In this document: piece by piece, positions 1 to 8,654 of the stretch
Layout: every line of letters starts with the position of its first letter
How positions within the stretch are numbered: the stretch's first letter is position 1
NCBI GenBank assembly: GCA_027021705.1
Contig: JALUTT010000140.1
Coordinates: 1 to 25,772, forward strand
Source of the DNA: Anaerolineae bacterium
GTDB taxonomy: Bacteria > Chloroflexota > Anaerolineae > S140-20
Length of the DNA stretch: 25,772 bases
Direction: 5' to 3'
Made by a program: the position numbers and the translations under genes
Notes under the pieces: model-generated
Told to the model about the DNA's origin: nothing
Databases searched by the model: none
The model's input: the letters and a program-made list of their open reading frames with translations, nothing else

Positions 1-108
1 GGCCTGGCGGAAGGCCTCCCACCGCCGGGCCACCTCCGCCTCCATCTCAGGGGTGGTCTGATCCCGGAAGGGCTCATCGGCCTGCACCAGGTGGAAGCAG
101 ATAGGCAG
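1..108 (-). CDS. Probable 5' part of a minus-strand gene running off the left edge (LPICFHLVQADEPFRDQTTPEMEAEVARRWEAFRQA...); start uncertain
   Basis: Open frame with strong G/C at third codon positions. An in-frame TGA lies upstream at 133-135, inside the heptamer tract. No recognisable motif. Confidence 0.4.
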   Translation of the reverse strand, partial: MPICFHLVQADEPFRDQTTPEMEAEVARRWEAFRQA

Positions 109-156
109 TCCTCGGTCCTCGGTCCTCGGTCCTCAGTCCTCAGTCCTCCGTCCTTA
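108..156. repeat. Heptamer tandem repeat (GTCCTCN) x7
   Basis: GTCCTCG x3, GTCCTCA x2, GTCCTCC, GTCCTTA read directly. Confidence 0.9.
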
Positions 157-230
157 GTCTGCCGTTCAGCCGCCGGGTTGTCAGGCCGCTCAATCGCCGG
201 GCCGCTTGATTGGCGGTCGGACGAAGTTCT

Positions 231-1250
231 CATCCGTTCCATCCGTTCCCCAATCCGTTGACAGCTTGTCCGCTCCGGTCACGGCGAGAGACACGAAGGG
301 CACCAAGAGCGCAAAGAGCACAAAGCGGCACGAAAATTCGATCGGCGCGAACAACTCTTGGGTCGAGACTCCCGAAGTCTGCCCCCCCATCCGTTCCATC
401 CGTTCCCCAATCCGTTGACAGCTTGTCCGCTCCGGCCACGGCGAGAGACACGAAGGGCACCAAGAGCGCAAAGAGCACAAAGCGGCACGAAAATTCGATC
501 GGCGCGAACAACTCTTGGGTCGAGACTCCCGAAGTCTGCCCCCCCATCCGTTCCATCCGTTCCCCAATCCGTTGACAGCTTGTCCGCTCCGGCCACGGCG
601 AGAGACACGAAGGGCACCAAGAGCGCTAAGAGCACAAAGCGGTACGAAAATCCGGTCGGCGCGAACAACTCCTGGGTCAAGACCCCCGAAGTCTGCCCCC
701 CCCATCCGTTCAATCCGTTCCTCAATCCGTTGACAGCTCGTCCGCTCCGGTCACGGCGAGAGACACGAAGAGCACCAAGAGCGCAAAGAGCACAAAGCGG
801 TACGAAAATCCGGTCGGCGCGAACAACTCCTGGGTCGAGACTCCCGAAGTCTGCCCTCCCTCCGTTCAATCCGTTCCTCAATCCGTTGACAGCTTGTCCG
901 CTCCGGCCACGGCGAGAGACACGAAGGACACCAAGAGCGCAAAGAGCACAAAGCGGTACGAAAATCTGGTTGGCGCGAACAACTCTTGGGTCGAGACTCC
1001 CGAAGTCTGCCCCCCCCATCCGTTCAATCCGTTCCCCAATCCGTTGACAGCTTGTCCGCTCCGGCCACGGCGAGAGACACGAAGGGCACCAAGAGCGCAA
1101 AGAGCACAAAGCGGCACGAAAATTCGATCGGCGCGAACAACTCTTGGGTCGAGACCCCCGAAGTCTGCCCCCCCATCCGTTCCATCCGTTCCCCAATCCG
1201 TTGACAGCTTGTCCGCTCCGGCCACGGGGAGAGACACGAAGGGCACCAAG
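231..1250. repeat. Non-coding tandem array, ~6.5 copies of a 156-158 bp unit
   Basis: Units start at 231, 388, 545, 703, 859, 1017 and 1174 (partial). They are near-identical with scattered substitutions, have no unique spacers, and the unit length is mostly not a multiple of 3. Confidence 0.97.
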
Positions 1251-1321
1251 CCCGGCTGGCAGCCAGGGAGGCTTGTGGGTAATCACCGGGGCGCAGCTAG
1301 GTGGTGCAAACGAGCTTTCAG

Positions 1322-1330
1322 TGGTATACT
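1322..1330 (+). promoter_or_regulatory. Putative extended -10 promoter (TGgTATACT) for the sensor kinase operon
   Basis: TGnTATACT about 70 bp upstream of ATG 1400; no clear -35. Confidence 0.5.
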
Positions 1331-1399
1331 TGAGACTATCATGCTCCTTCGCCCTTGCAGAACACACATCGAACGGTGGGTAGCCCCCCGGGGAGCAGG

Positions 1400-4348
1400 A
1401 TGATGCACATCAAGCACGCTACCACACGTCTGATAGACCTCATCGCCAGACCCTCGCGCTCGGTCACCGACGAGGAGGAACGGCGGCACGCGCGGCTGGT
1501 GGCGACTTTGCTGGCCGTCATGCTGCCGCTGTTCATCATCCCGGCCGCTCCGCGCATTCTATCGCCGCGCGAAAACATGCAGAGCATCACGCTCGCCTTC
1601 GTGCTCGTCGTGGCTTATCTGCTGAGCCGCACGCGCTATCACCGATGGGCGAGCGCACTGCTCCTGACAGCCTTCACCGTAGTACCCTTTACGAGTGCTG
1701 TACAGCGACCCGACGAATACCCCCCCCACCTCCTGGGGAACCTTCTGTTGTGGACTATTCCCACCTTGGTGCTTGGCGCCCTCTTGGAGCGTTTGCGTGG
1801 CGCCATCGGGCTGTTCACGCTGAACATGCTTCTCGCCGCCTGGCTGGTCGCAGCGCGCGAAGATGTCGCGTGGAGGCATCTGGCCGTCTTTAGCGGACAA
1901 GTGTTCGTCAGCGCCACCTTCCTGAGCATCAGCACTTTCCTATGGGAACGCGAGGAACGCACGGCCCGCCGACTCTCCAGAGCAATCGAGCAAAGTGCGA
2001 ACGCGGTGGTCATCACCGACCGGCAGGGCACCATCGAGTACGTCAACCCGGCATTCACGCGGGTCAGCGGCTACACCGCCGAGGAGGCCATTGGCCGCAA
2101 TCCCCGCATCTTGAAGTCCAACCACCACCCGCCGGAGTTCTACCAGGAAATGTGGGATACCCTTCTGAGAGGGGAAACCTGGCACGGGGAGTTCCTCAAC
2201 AAGCGCAAGAACGGCGAACTCTACTGGGAGGATGCCACCATCACTCCCATCCGTGACGCACGCGGCCAGACGACACACTATATCGCCATCAAAACGGAGA
2301 TCACCGCCCGCAAGCGCCTCGAGGCCGAGTTGGAGAAGCAACGCTATGAGCGTGAAGCCCTCTACCAGGCGGCGACCGCCCTTGCCTCCACCCTTGACGT
2401 GGACGAGGTGCTGCAAACCATCGCCAAGCAGGTGGGCGAGACGCTAGATGCCACCAGTGCCTACATCAACATCTGGGACCCCAAGACGAAAAGCAGCAAG
2501 GTCGTGGTCGAGTACTACGGTCCGGAAGCCTGCGATGCAGAGCGCGTCTCCGATTTGGGAGCGGTCTTCGTCGAGGAAGATGAAGAGTTCATCGCCCAAC
2601 TGGAGCGCGGCGAAATCCTCTTGAACCATGTGGACGATCCGGATATCCCCCCCCAGGATCGTGCTCATATGAAGCAATACGGCGCTAAAAGTGTCCTCTA
2701 CATCCCTCTTCGGGTGCGCGGGCGTCTGGTCGCCTTTGCCGAGGTGTGGGAGAGCCGCCGTCGGCGGGAGTTCACCCCGGAGGAGATTGCCCTCGCCGGA
2801 GCCATCAGCCAGCAGGCCGGTATCGCCATCGAGCACGCTCGCTTCACCGAACAACTGCGCACCCAACGCGACTTCCTGGAGAACATCATCAACGCCATCA
2901 CTTCCCCGTTCTACGTCATCAACGCCGATGATTACTCCATCGAAATCGCCAACCAGGCGGCGCGCGAGATGGGCATCGAGCGGGCATCCACCTGCTACGC
3001 CGTGACGCACAGGCGCGAGTCGCCCTGCACTGGCGACGAACACCCCTGCCCCCTCGTTCACGTGCGCGAGAGCCGCCAGGCGTATACTGTGGAGCATGTC
3101 CACTACCGCCCTGACGGCACACCCTATTACGTTGAAGTGCATGGATACCCCATTCTGGATCAGAACGGAAATGTGGTGCAGATGATCGAATACACACTGG
3201 ACATCACCGCCCGCCGCGCGGCTGAAGCCGAGTTGCGCAAACTGCACCGCGCCATCGAACACACCGCCAGCGGCGTCGTCATCACAGACCCGGAAGGGGT
3301 GATCGAATATGTCAACCCGGCCTTCACCCACATTACCGGCTACACCCCTGAAGAAGCCATCGGCCGGAATCCCCGCATCTTGAAATCGGGAAAACACTCC
3401 CGGGAATTCTATGCGGAGTTATGGAACACCATCAAGGGAGGCAAAATCTGGCGTGGTGAGATGGTCAACCGCCGCAAGAACGGCGAACTCTACTGGGAGA
3501 TGCAGATCATCTCGCCGATCGTTGACGAGCGCGGCGAGATCACCCACTTCGTCGCCGTCAAGACCGACGTCACCGAACGCAAGAGGATGGAAGAACAACT
3601 GAAAGCAGCCCACGACCAGGCCCTGGAGGCCAACCGGTTGAAGACGCGCCTCCTGGCCAATGTTAGCCACGATATGCGTACCCCCCTGGGGGCCATCGTG
3701 GGCTACGCCGAGATGATGAGCAACGGCATCCTTGGCCCTCTGACCGATGAGCAGCGGCGTGTCACTTTGAACATTCTGGATAGCAGCCGTCAGTTGCTCG
3801 ATTTCGTCAACGACCTGATCAACCAGGCCGAGTTGGAGACCGGCAAGATTGTCATCACACCCAGGCCCTTCACCCCTCAGGAACTGCTCGAAGCAGTCGG
3901 CACCCAGGTCGCCTTCGCCAGGCAAAAAGGGCTGACCGTCACGACCGAAATCGCTCCCGATCTGCCGGAAAAGCTCCTCGGTGATCCCTACTGGCTCTCC
4001 CAGATCCTGCGCAACCTGGTCAGCAACGCCATCAAATTTACCGACCAGGGCAGCATCCACATCGCCCTCCTGCGCCCGGACGAACAGCACTGGGCGATTC
4101 AAGTGCGCGACACCGGTCGCGGCATCGCACCGGAGGCCCAAGAGCGCATCTTCGAGCCGTTCCGCCAGGCCGATGAGACCCCCACACGCCGCGAACTCAC
4201 CGGCTCCGGCTTGGGGCTATCCATCGTCGCCGGCCTCACCGAACTCATGCAAGGCGCAGTCAAGGTGGATAGCACCGTCGGAGAAGGCAGCACGTTCACC
4301 GTCACCTTTCCCCTCCGGGTACCCTCTCACGCAGGAGAAGCACCATGA
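1400..4348 (+). CDS. Membrane-bound multi-sensor histidine kinase (TM region-PAS-GAF-PAS-PAS-HisKA-HATPase)
   Basis: N-terminal hydrophobic helices; PAS motifs IEYVNPAFT..GY..EEAIGRNPRILKS twice; GAF region; H-box SHDMRTPL; N-box NLVSNAIKFT; G1 DTGRGI; G2 GSGLGL. Start set at ATG 1400/1403 after GGGAG. Confidence 0.95.
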   Translation: MMHIKHATTRLIDLIARPSRSVTDEEERRHARLVATLLAVMLPLFIIPAAPRILSPRENMQSITLAFVLVVAYLLSRTRYHRWASALLLTAFTVVPFTSAVQRPDEYPPHLLGNLLLWTIPTLVLGALLERLRGAIGLFTLNMLLAAWLVAAREDVAWRHLAVFSGQVFVSATFLSISTFLWEREERTARRLSRAIEQSANAVVITDRQGTIEYVNPAFTRVSGYTAEEAIGRNPRILKSNHHPPEFYQEMWDTLLRGETWHGEFLNKRKNGELYWEDATITPIRDARGQTTHYIAIKTEITARKRLEAELEKQRYEREALYQAATALASTLDVDEVLQTIAKQVGETLDATSAYINIWDPKTKSSKVVVEYYGPEACDAERVSDLGAVFVEEDEEFIAQLERGEILLNHVDDPDIPPQDRAHMKQYGAKSVLYIPLRVRGRLVAFAEVWESRRRREFTPEEIALAGAISQQAGIAIEHARFTEQLRTQRDFLENIINAITSPFYVINADDYSIEIANQAAREMGIERASTCYAVTHRRESPCTGDEHPCPLVHVRESRQAYTVEHVHYRPDGTPYYVEVHGYPILDQNGNVVQMIEYTLDITARRAAEAELRKLHRAIEHTASGVVITDPEGVIEYVNPAFTHITGYTPEEAIGRNPRILKSGKHSREFYAELWNTIKGGKIWRGEMVNRRKNGELYWEMQIISPIVDERGEITHFVAVKTDVTERKRMEEQLKAAHDQALEANRLKTRLLANVSHDMRTPLGAIVGYAEMMSNGILGPLTDEQRRVTLNILDSSRQLLDFVNDLINQAELETGKIVITPRPFTPQELLEAVGTQVAFARQKGLTVTTEIAPDLPEKLLGDPYWLSQILRNLVSNAIKFTDQGSIHIALLRPDEQHWAIQVRDTGRGIAPEAQERIFEPFRQADETPTRRELTGSGLGLSIVAGLTELMQGAVKVDSTVGEGSTFTVTFPLRVPSHAGEAP

Positions 4349-4734
4349 ACGAGGCACCATCTTCCCCTCCTTTGGCTTTGATTATTGAGGACGATCCTTA
4401 CCAGAGCGACATCTTCGCCCGCGCGGTAGAGGTGGCCGGCTACCGCTCTGAGGTCCTCTCCAACGGGCAGGAAGCGCTCGACCGCCTGGAGAGCGGGATC
4501 ACCCCGGCGCTGGTAGTCCTGGACCTACACCTTCCCGGCACCGCCGGCGACGAGATTCTGCGCCACATCCGCTCCGACGAACGCCTGAAGGACGTCCCTG
4601 TCATCCTGGCGACCGCCGACCCCCGTATGGCTGACCCTCTCTACGAGGAGAGCGATCTGGTCCTGCTTAAACCCATCAGTTTCAGTCAGTTGAGCGACCT
4701 GGCCTCGCGCCTGCGCAGTCGAGTGTCCAGATAG
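4345..4734 (+). CDS. Single-domain response regulator (CheY-like receiver)
   Basis: LIIEDD, LVVLDLHLPG (phospho-Asp), ILATA, LLKP. ATGA overlap with the kinase stop. Confidence 0.93.
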   Translation: MNEAPSSPPLALIIEDDPYQSDIFARAVEVAGYRSEVLSNGQEALDRLESGITPALVVLDLHLPGTAGDEILRHIRSDERLKDVPVILATADPRMADPLYEESDLVLLKPISFSQLSDLASRLRSRVSR

Positions 4735-4796
4735 GAGACCCCATCAAGGAGCGGCCCCGGCAGCCCCAGATAAGGGAGATACGGTGTCGAGCGCAC

Positions 4797-4831
4797 CAGA
4801 CCTCCGAGGTCTTACAGACCCCGGAGGTCTG
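4797..4831. repeat. REP-like palindrome / possible terminator CAGACCTCCGAGGTCT-tac-AGACCCCGGAGGTCTG
   Basis: 16-bp arms with 1 mismatch; each arm is itself an imperfect palindrome. Confidence 0.75.
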
Positions 4832-4972
4832 CGTTTAGGGGAGGACCGGTCAACGAGAATTGGGTACGAATCAACGGACCACCGCGCCCGAAGTGGCGGG
4901 GAAAGGGGTTTTGGGGTATACTGGGAGTGTATTGGAGGAGGGGGCTGACTCTATGAAGTAAGGAGGACATTG

Positions 4973-6799
4973 ATGGATCGTAGAGCAGCATTTACCCGGC
5001 CTGACTGTCGGAAAGGGCCATTGTGGCCCGGCTTGTGGCGGGTTGGGAGTGGGAAGGCCCTAAGCGGGGTGCTCCTGGCTCTGGGGATGGTGGCGTTGGT
5101 CCTGCTGACCGCCCGCGCCGCCGGAGAGGGGGACCCAGAATGGTCTACCGACTCCCTCCTCGACTTCAGCAGTGGTACTATGGATGGCGTGGACGTCTGG
5201 AGCGATCCGGGGACGGTGCGGTTGGACCGAGCCTGGTACGCCAACGCACGGGTGAACGATGCCTCAAGTCAGGACAAATTTGACCCTCGGCTCTCCTTCG
5301 TCCTCACCAACACCGGAGGCACCACAACGACCATCTTCCTGATCGTGTGGGCGGATGAGCGTCACTCAGACCAGTATCCAGACATCTTCTTCTCTCAGAG
5401 CACCGACGGCGGTCAAAGCTGGTCGGCCGATGTCCAGATAGCTGACGATTGCTACCCCAGCAGCCCCCCCTATCCGAATTGCCCCAGCCTCCACACCCCG
5501 GACATCGCCGTGCGCTTGGCCGACCAGAGTTTCTGGGTGGTGTGGCATCAGGACCAGAGGGAGACGGGGACCGATCGGGGAGACATCTACTACGCCGTCA
5601 GCCACGACAAAGGGGCCTCGTGGTCCTCCCCCGCCTCGGTCTACACCGGCACGGGAAAGCAGCTCCGTCCCCGCATCGTTTCCCACGGTCAATCGGGTTA
5701 CCTCTATACCATCTGGGAGGATGAGCGGGACGATGCCGGCGACATTTACATCAGCCGCTACAACCCGGACGTGGACACCGCCTGGAGCTCTCCGGTCAAG
5801 ATCAACGACGACGGTGCCGGCAATGAACAGAGGGAGCCCGCCCTGGTCGTGGACGGCGAGGGGAATGTCTACGCCGTCTGGGAGGATACCCGCAACGACC
5901 CGGATGGGCAGATTTACTTCTCCCGCTGGATGAGCGGCACCACCTGGGGGACCTGGAGCACCAACACCCGGCTGAGCGATCCCTTGATGGACTGGGGGCG
6001 TGACCCCGACATCGTCGCCGGGCCGGGCGGCGTGCTCTTCGCAGCCTGGGTAGAGCGAGTGCCTACCGGACCTGCTTCCTCGACATATGACTTCCAGGTC
6101 GTGGTGGCCCGGAGCGATGATGATGGGGGAACTTGGACCTCCTCGGTCGTGCACCGGCTCGACAAGGCGTCGGCATCCAATGCCTTTTACGCCGCCCCTG
6201 CCATCGGCATAGGCCCCGCAGGAGTGGTCTACGTGGCCTGGCTACACAGCCCGGATTCCCAGGCCAGCACCTCCAACATCCTCTTCTCCCAGAGTCCTGA
6301 CGGGGGCATCCACTGGACCCGGCCCCGTGTCCTCAGCTCGCCGGGAGGCACCGTGGATGTGGACACCTCCCCCACCCTGCTCTCCAACCTCTTCGCGAGT
6401 CCGGTCGCCGTCGCCTGGCAGGACTTCCGGGACGGGGCCAGCACCCAGATCTACGCCACCGGCTATCCGGCCGACCACTACCTCACCAGCGGAGAGTACA
6501 ACCGCACCCTCGATGCCGGTGGTCCGGCAGCCTGGGGTAACATCACGTGGACGGCCACCATCACACCGGGCACCGACCTGGTGCTCGCCACCCGCGTGAT
6601 GACGGCCGTCGGCGCAGGATGGACAGCGTGGTACACGCATACCGCTTCCGGTGAGGCCATCCCCCATCCCTCCGGCCGTTTCATCCAGTACCGGGCTCGC
6701 TTCACCTCCGGCGGGAACGACACCCCGGTGCTGGACAAGGTCGTGATCTCCTACGAGCAATACCGCACCTACCTGCCCTTCGTGCTGAGGAAAAGCTAA
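4973..6799 (+). CDS. Secreted BNR/Asp-box repeat protein (sialidase-like beta-propeller) with C-terminal YLPFVLRK motif
   Basis: RBS AAGGAGG at 4960-4966; hydrophobic signal ending ARA-A; Asp boxes STDGGQSW, SHDKGASW, SDDDGGTW, SPDGGIHW; repeated vvWeD motifs. Confidence 0.8.
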   Translation: MDRRAAFTRPDCRKGPLWPGLWRVGSGKALSGVLLALGMVALVLLTARAAGEGDPEWSTDSLLDFSSGTMDGVDVWSDPGTVRLDRAWYANARVNDASSQDKFDPRLSFVLTNTGGTTTTIFLIVWADERHSDQYPDIFFSQSTDGGQSWSADVQIADDCYPSSPPYPNCPSLHTPDIAVRLADQSFWVVWHQDQRETGTDRGDIYYAVSHDKGASWSSPASVYTGTGKQLRPRIVSHGQSGYLYTIWEDERDDAGDIYISRYNPDVDTAWSSPVKINDDGAGNEQREPALVVDGEGNVYAVWEDTRNDPDGQIYFSRWMSGTTWGTWSTNTRLSDPLMDWGRDPDIVAGPGGVLFAAWVERVPTGPASSTYDFQVVVARSDDDGGTWTSSVVHRLDKASASNAFYAAPAIGIGPAGVVYVAWLHSPDSQASTSNILFSQSPDGGIHWTRPRVLSSPGGTVDVDTSPTLLSNLFASPVAVAWQDFRDGASTQIYATGYPADHYLTSGEYNRTLDAGGPAAWGNITWTATITPGTDLVLATRVMTAVGAGWTAWYTHTASGEAIPHPSGRFIQYRARFTSGGNDTPVLDKVVISYEQYRTYLPFVLRKS

Positions 6800-6802
6800 A
6801 CG

Positions 6803-6833
6803 AGTGCCCGGCACCTTTTCGGTGCCGGGCACT
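6803..6833. terminator. Perfect 13-bp hairpin between convergent genes (terminator or REP-like)
   Basis: AGTGCCCGGCACC-ttttc-GGTGCCGGGCACT immediately after the stop at 6799. Confidence 0.7.
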
Positions 6834-6988
6834 GCCGTTTTCCCCTGGGCACAACTCCGGCGCTACGCCGCCAGGCGCCCCCTGCAGACGAGGACAGACT
6901 GGGAGGCCAACCAGGCTCTTGTCCAGTGCCGCCTGCCTCTCCCCCAACTCCTCCACCCCGTAGAGAGCTCTCTTGAAGTGGGTGGCTC

Positions 6989-7426
6989 TCACGTCCCCCT
7001 CAGATGCTTACGCAGGGCCTCCAGCCCCAGCAGGTAGCTCTGCACACCGAAGCCGCTGATCTGTCCCAGGCAGACGGGGGCGATCACCGAGCGGTGGCGG
7101 AAAGGCTCTCGGGCGTAGACGTTGGAGAGGTGGACCTCGACGGTGGGCAGTGCGACGGCGGCGATGGCGTCGCGCAGCGCGTAGGAATAGTGGGTAAGAG
7201 CCCCCGGGTTGATGAGGATGCCGTCGGCCCAGCGCCGGGCCTCGTGGATCGCCTCGATCAGCGCCCCTTCGTGGTTGGACTGGAGGATGCGCAGCGTCGC
7301 CCCGTGCTCGGCCGCCCACGCCTCCATCGCCCGGTTGATCACCTCCAGCGTCGCCCGCCCGTAGACGTCCGGCTCCCGCTCCCCCAACAAGTTCAGGTTC
7401 GGTCCGTGCAGGACCAGGATTCGCAT
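6989..7426 (-). CDS. aroQ: Type II 3-dehydroquinate dehydratase
   Basis: [51 protein letters not shown]. Confidence 0.97.
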   Translation of the reverse strand: MRILVLHGPNLNLLGEREPDVYGRATLEVINRAMEAWAAEHGATLRILQSNHEGALIEAIHEARRWADGILINPGALTHYSYALRDAIAAVALPTVEVHLSNVYAREPFRHRSVIAPVCLGQISGFGVQSYLLGLEALRKHLRGT

Positions 7427-7463
7427 ATCCTGCCCCCCTCAACTGGTGCAGGGCACAAAGGCT

Positions 7464-7751
7464 TCAGCCCTCCGACAGCAGCGACAGCCTTTCCTGAAAG
7501 GCCTCCAGGCTCTCCGTCCGCATGGCCTCCACCAGCAGGTCCTGGAGCAGGGTAGCGTCCTCGATCTCGGCCAGCCCCTCGGCGATGGGCTCCAACGCCG
7601 GCCCCGTCGGGTCAAACCGCACCCGCAGCAGGTGCAGGATGGCTTCCCGCTGCCCTTCTAGGATCCCTTGTTGGAGGCCCTGCTGGAGGCCCTGCTGGAG
7701 GCCCTCCTCCAGAATCTGCTTGTACCAAGGAGATTCCTTCAAAACCGCCAT
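7464..7751 (-). CDS. Putative intragenic in-frame small protein (RpnS-like antitoxin), 95 aa
   Basis: In-frame ATG at 7751 preceded by GAGGTG-GGAT, exactly at the start of the C-terminal repeat helix (MAVLKESPWY). Confidence 0.55.
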   Translation of the reverse strand: MAVLKESPWYKQILEEGLQQGLQQGLQQGILEGQREAILHLLRVRFDPTGPALEPIAEGLAEIEDATLLQDLLVEAMRTESLEAFQERLSLLSEG

Positions 7752-8354
7752 ATCCCACCTCACAATCTGCCGCACTTGCTCCGGCTCCATCACGAAGCTG
7801 GCGAACAAGGCCAGCGCCGCCTCGACTTCCTCTCCCACCCCACGCTCCCGCAACACCTCCACACCCCGCCGGATCACCCCCTCGTCCGCCCCCCGCATCA
7901 GCGGCACGAAGGGCACCAGCCCCACCACCCCCGCCGCCACCACCCGCTCCGCCTCCAACTCCCACACCCGCACCACCTGGAAGTCCCGATGGGCCGTCAA
8001 GCCCATAAACTCCTGATGGTACCGCTCCGGCAGTTGCACCCCCTCCCCCGGCGGCAGCAGGTAGAGCACCAGCGGATAGGCCGGCAGGTCGTACCGATCC
8101 TCGGCCAGCGCCGCGTAGGCTTGCATCCGCCGGGGCATCCGCTTGTCCGCCCGCAGTTGGACCTCGACCACCAGGACGAAGGGGCCTTCCTGCCCCCGCG
8201 CCCGCAGCACCTCATCGCTGTGGCGCATCAAGAACTGGAACTCTCCCGACAGCCGCTCCTCGACCCGGATGGTCTCGTCTCCCAGCAGCCAGCGGGCCCA
8301 CTCCGTCGGCTCGCCGGCCAGCACGTACTTGCTCCCGATGTCCGCCCGGCCCAC
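7464..8354 (-). CDS. Rpn/YhgA-like PD-(D/E)XK nuclease (recombination-promoting nuclease / putative transposase family)
   Basis: D...K N-terminus, RHSD, VEVQ, MPRRM..Y, P.VLYL, and C-terminal ESPWY..I.EEG(LQQG)n..G helix. GTG start after GAGGAGG. Confidence 0.88.
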   Translation of the reverse strand: MGRADIGSKYVLAGEPTEWARWLLGDETIRVEERLSGEFQFLMRHSDEVLRARGQEGPFVLVVEVQLRADKRMPRRMQAYAALAEDRYDLPAYPLVLYLLPPGEGVQLPERYHQEFMGLTAHRDFQVVRVWELEAERVVAAGVVGLVPFVPLMRGADEGVIRRGVEVLRERGVGEEVEAALALFASFVMEPEQVRQIVRWDMAVLKESPWYKQILEEGLQQGLQQGLQQGILEGQREAILHLLRVRFDPTGPALEPIAEGLAEIEDATLLQDLLVEAMRTESLEAFQERLSLLSEG

Positions 8355-8405
8355 AATCTTCCTCCTCGCGTCGGTGTGTCGCTCCCGGAATCGGCAGTGT
8401 AGAAG

Positions 8406-8434
8406 ATTGTAGCATCATCCCGCCGCCGGCGCAA
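8406..8434 (-). promoter_or_regulatory. Sigma70-type promoter for the Rpn gene
   Basis: TTGCGC-17 bp-TACAAT with TGn extension, on the minus strand about 50 bp upstream of the GTG. Confidence 0.65.
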
Positions 8435-8654
8435 GGGGCAGAGGCCAAGCGGCAAGGAGCAAGCGGCAAGGGGCAAGCGACCACCCGACCAAGGGAGACC
8501 GCCGACCAAGCGGCAAGGGGCAAGGGGCAGGGGGCAAGCGACCAAGTGACCAAGCGACCACCCGACTACCTGACCACCTGACCAAGCGACCATCCAACCA
8601 AGTGACCACCCGACCAAGCTGTGGACCGCGGACTGTGGGCTGCGGACTGCGGAC
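8432..8654. repeat. Patchwork of short tandem repeats (CAAGCGG/CAAGGGG 7-mers, GACCAAGC/GACCACCY 8-mers, GGACTGY 7-mers)
   Basis: Directly visible; fills the gap between the aroB stop and the Rpn promoter. Confidence 0.85.

Noticed and set aside
231..1250. CRISPR array
   Set aside because: Whole 157-bp units repeat with no unique spacers, and there are no cas genes in the window.
190..1403. Numerous ORFs on both strands across the array
   Set aside because: The same peptides recur in shifting frames because the unit is mostly not a multiple of 3; these are repeat artefacts.
6702..6992. 96-aa minus-strand ORF coupled to the aroQ stop
   Set aside because: It runs through the terminator hairpin into the convergent gene and has no motif I recognise. 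The first ~35 codons could be a gene relic, but I cannot support that.
7464..8354. Insertion sequence call for the Rpn gene
   Set aside because: No terminal inverted repeats or target-site duplication seen; the family's transposase label is only putative.
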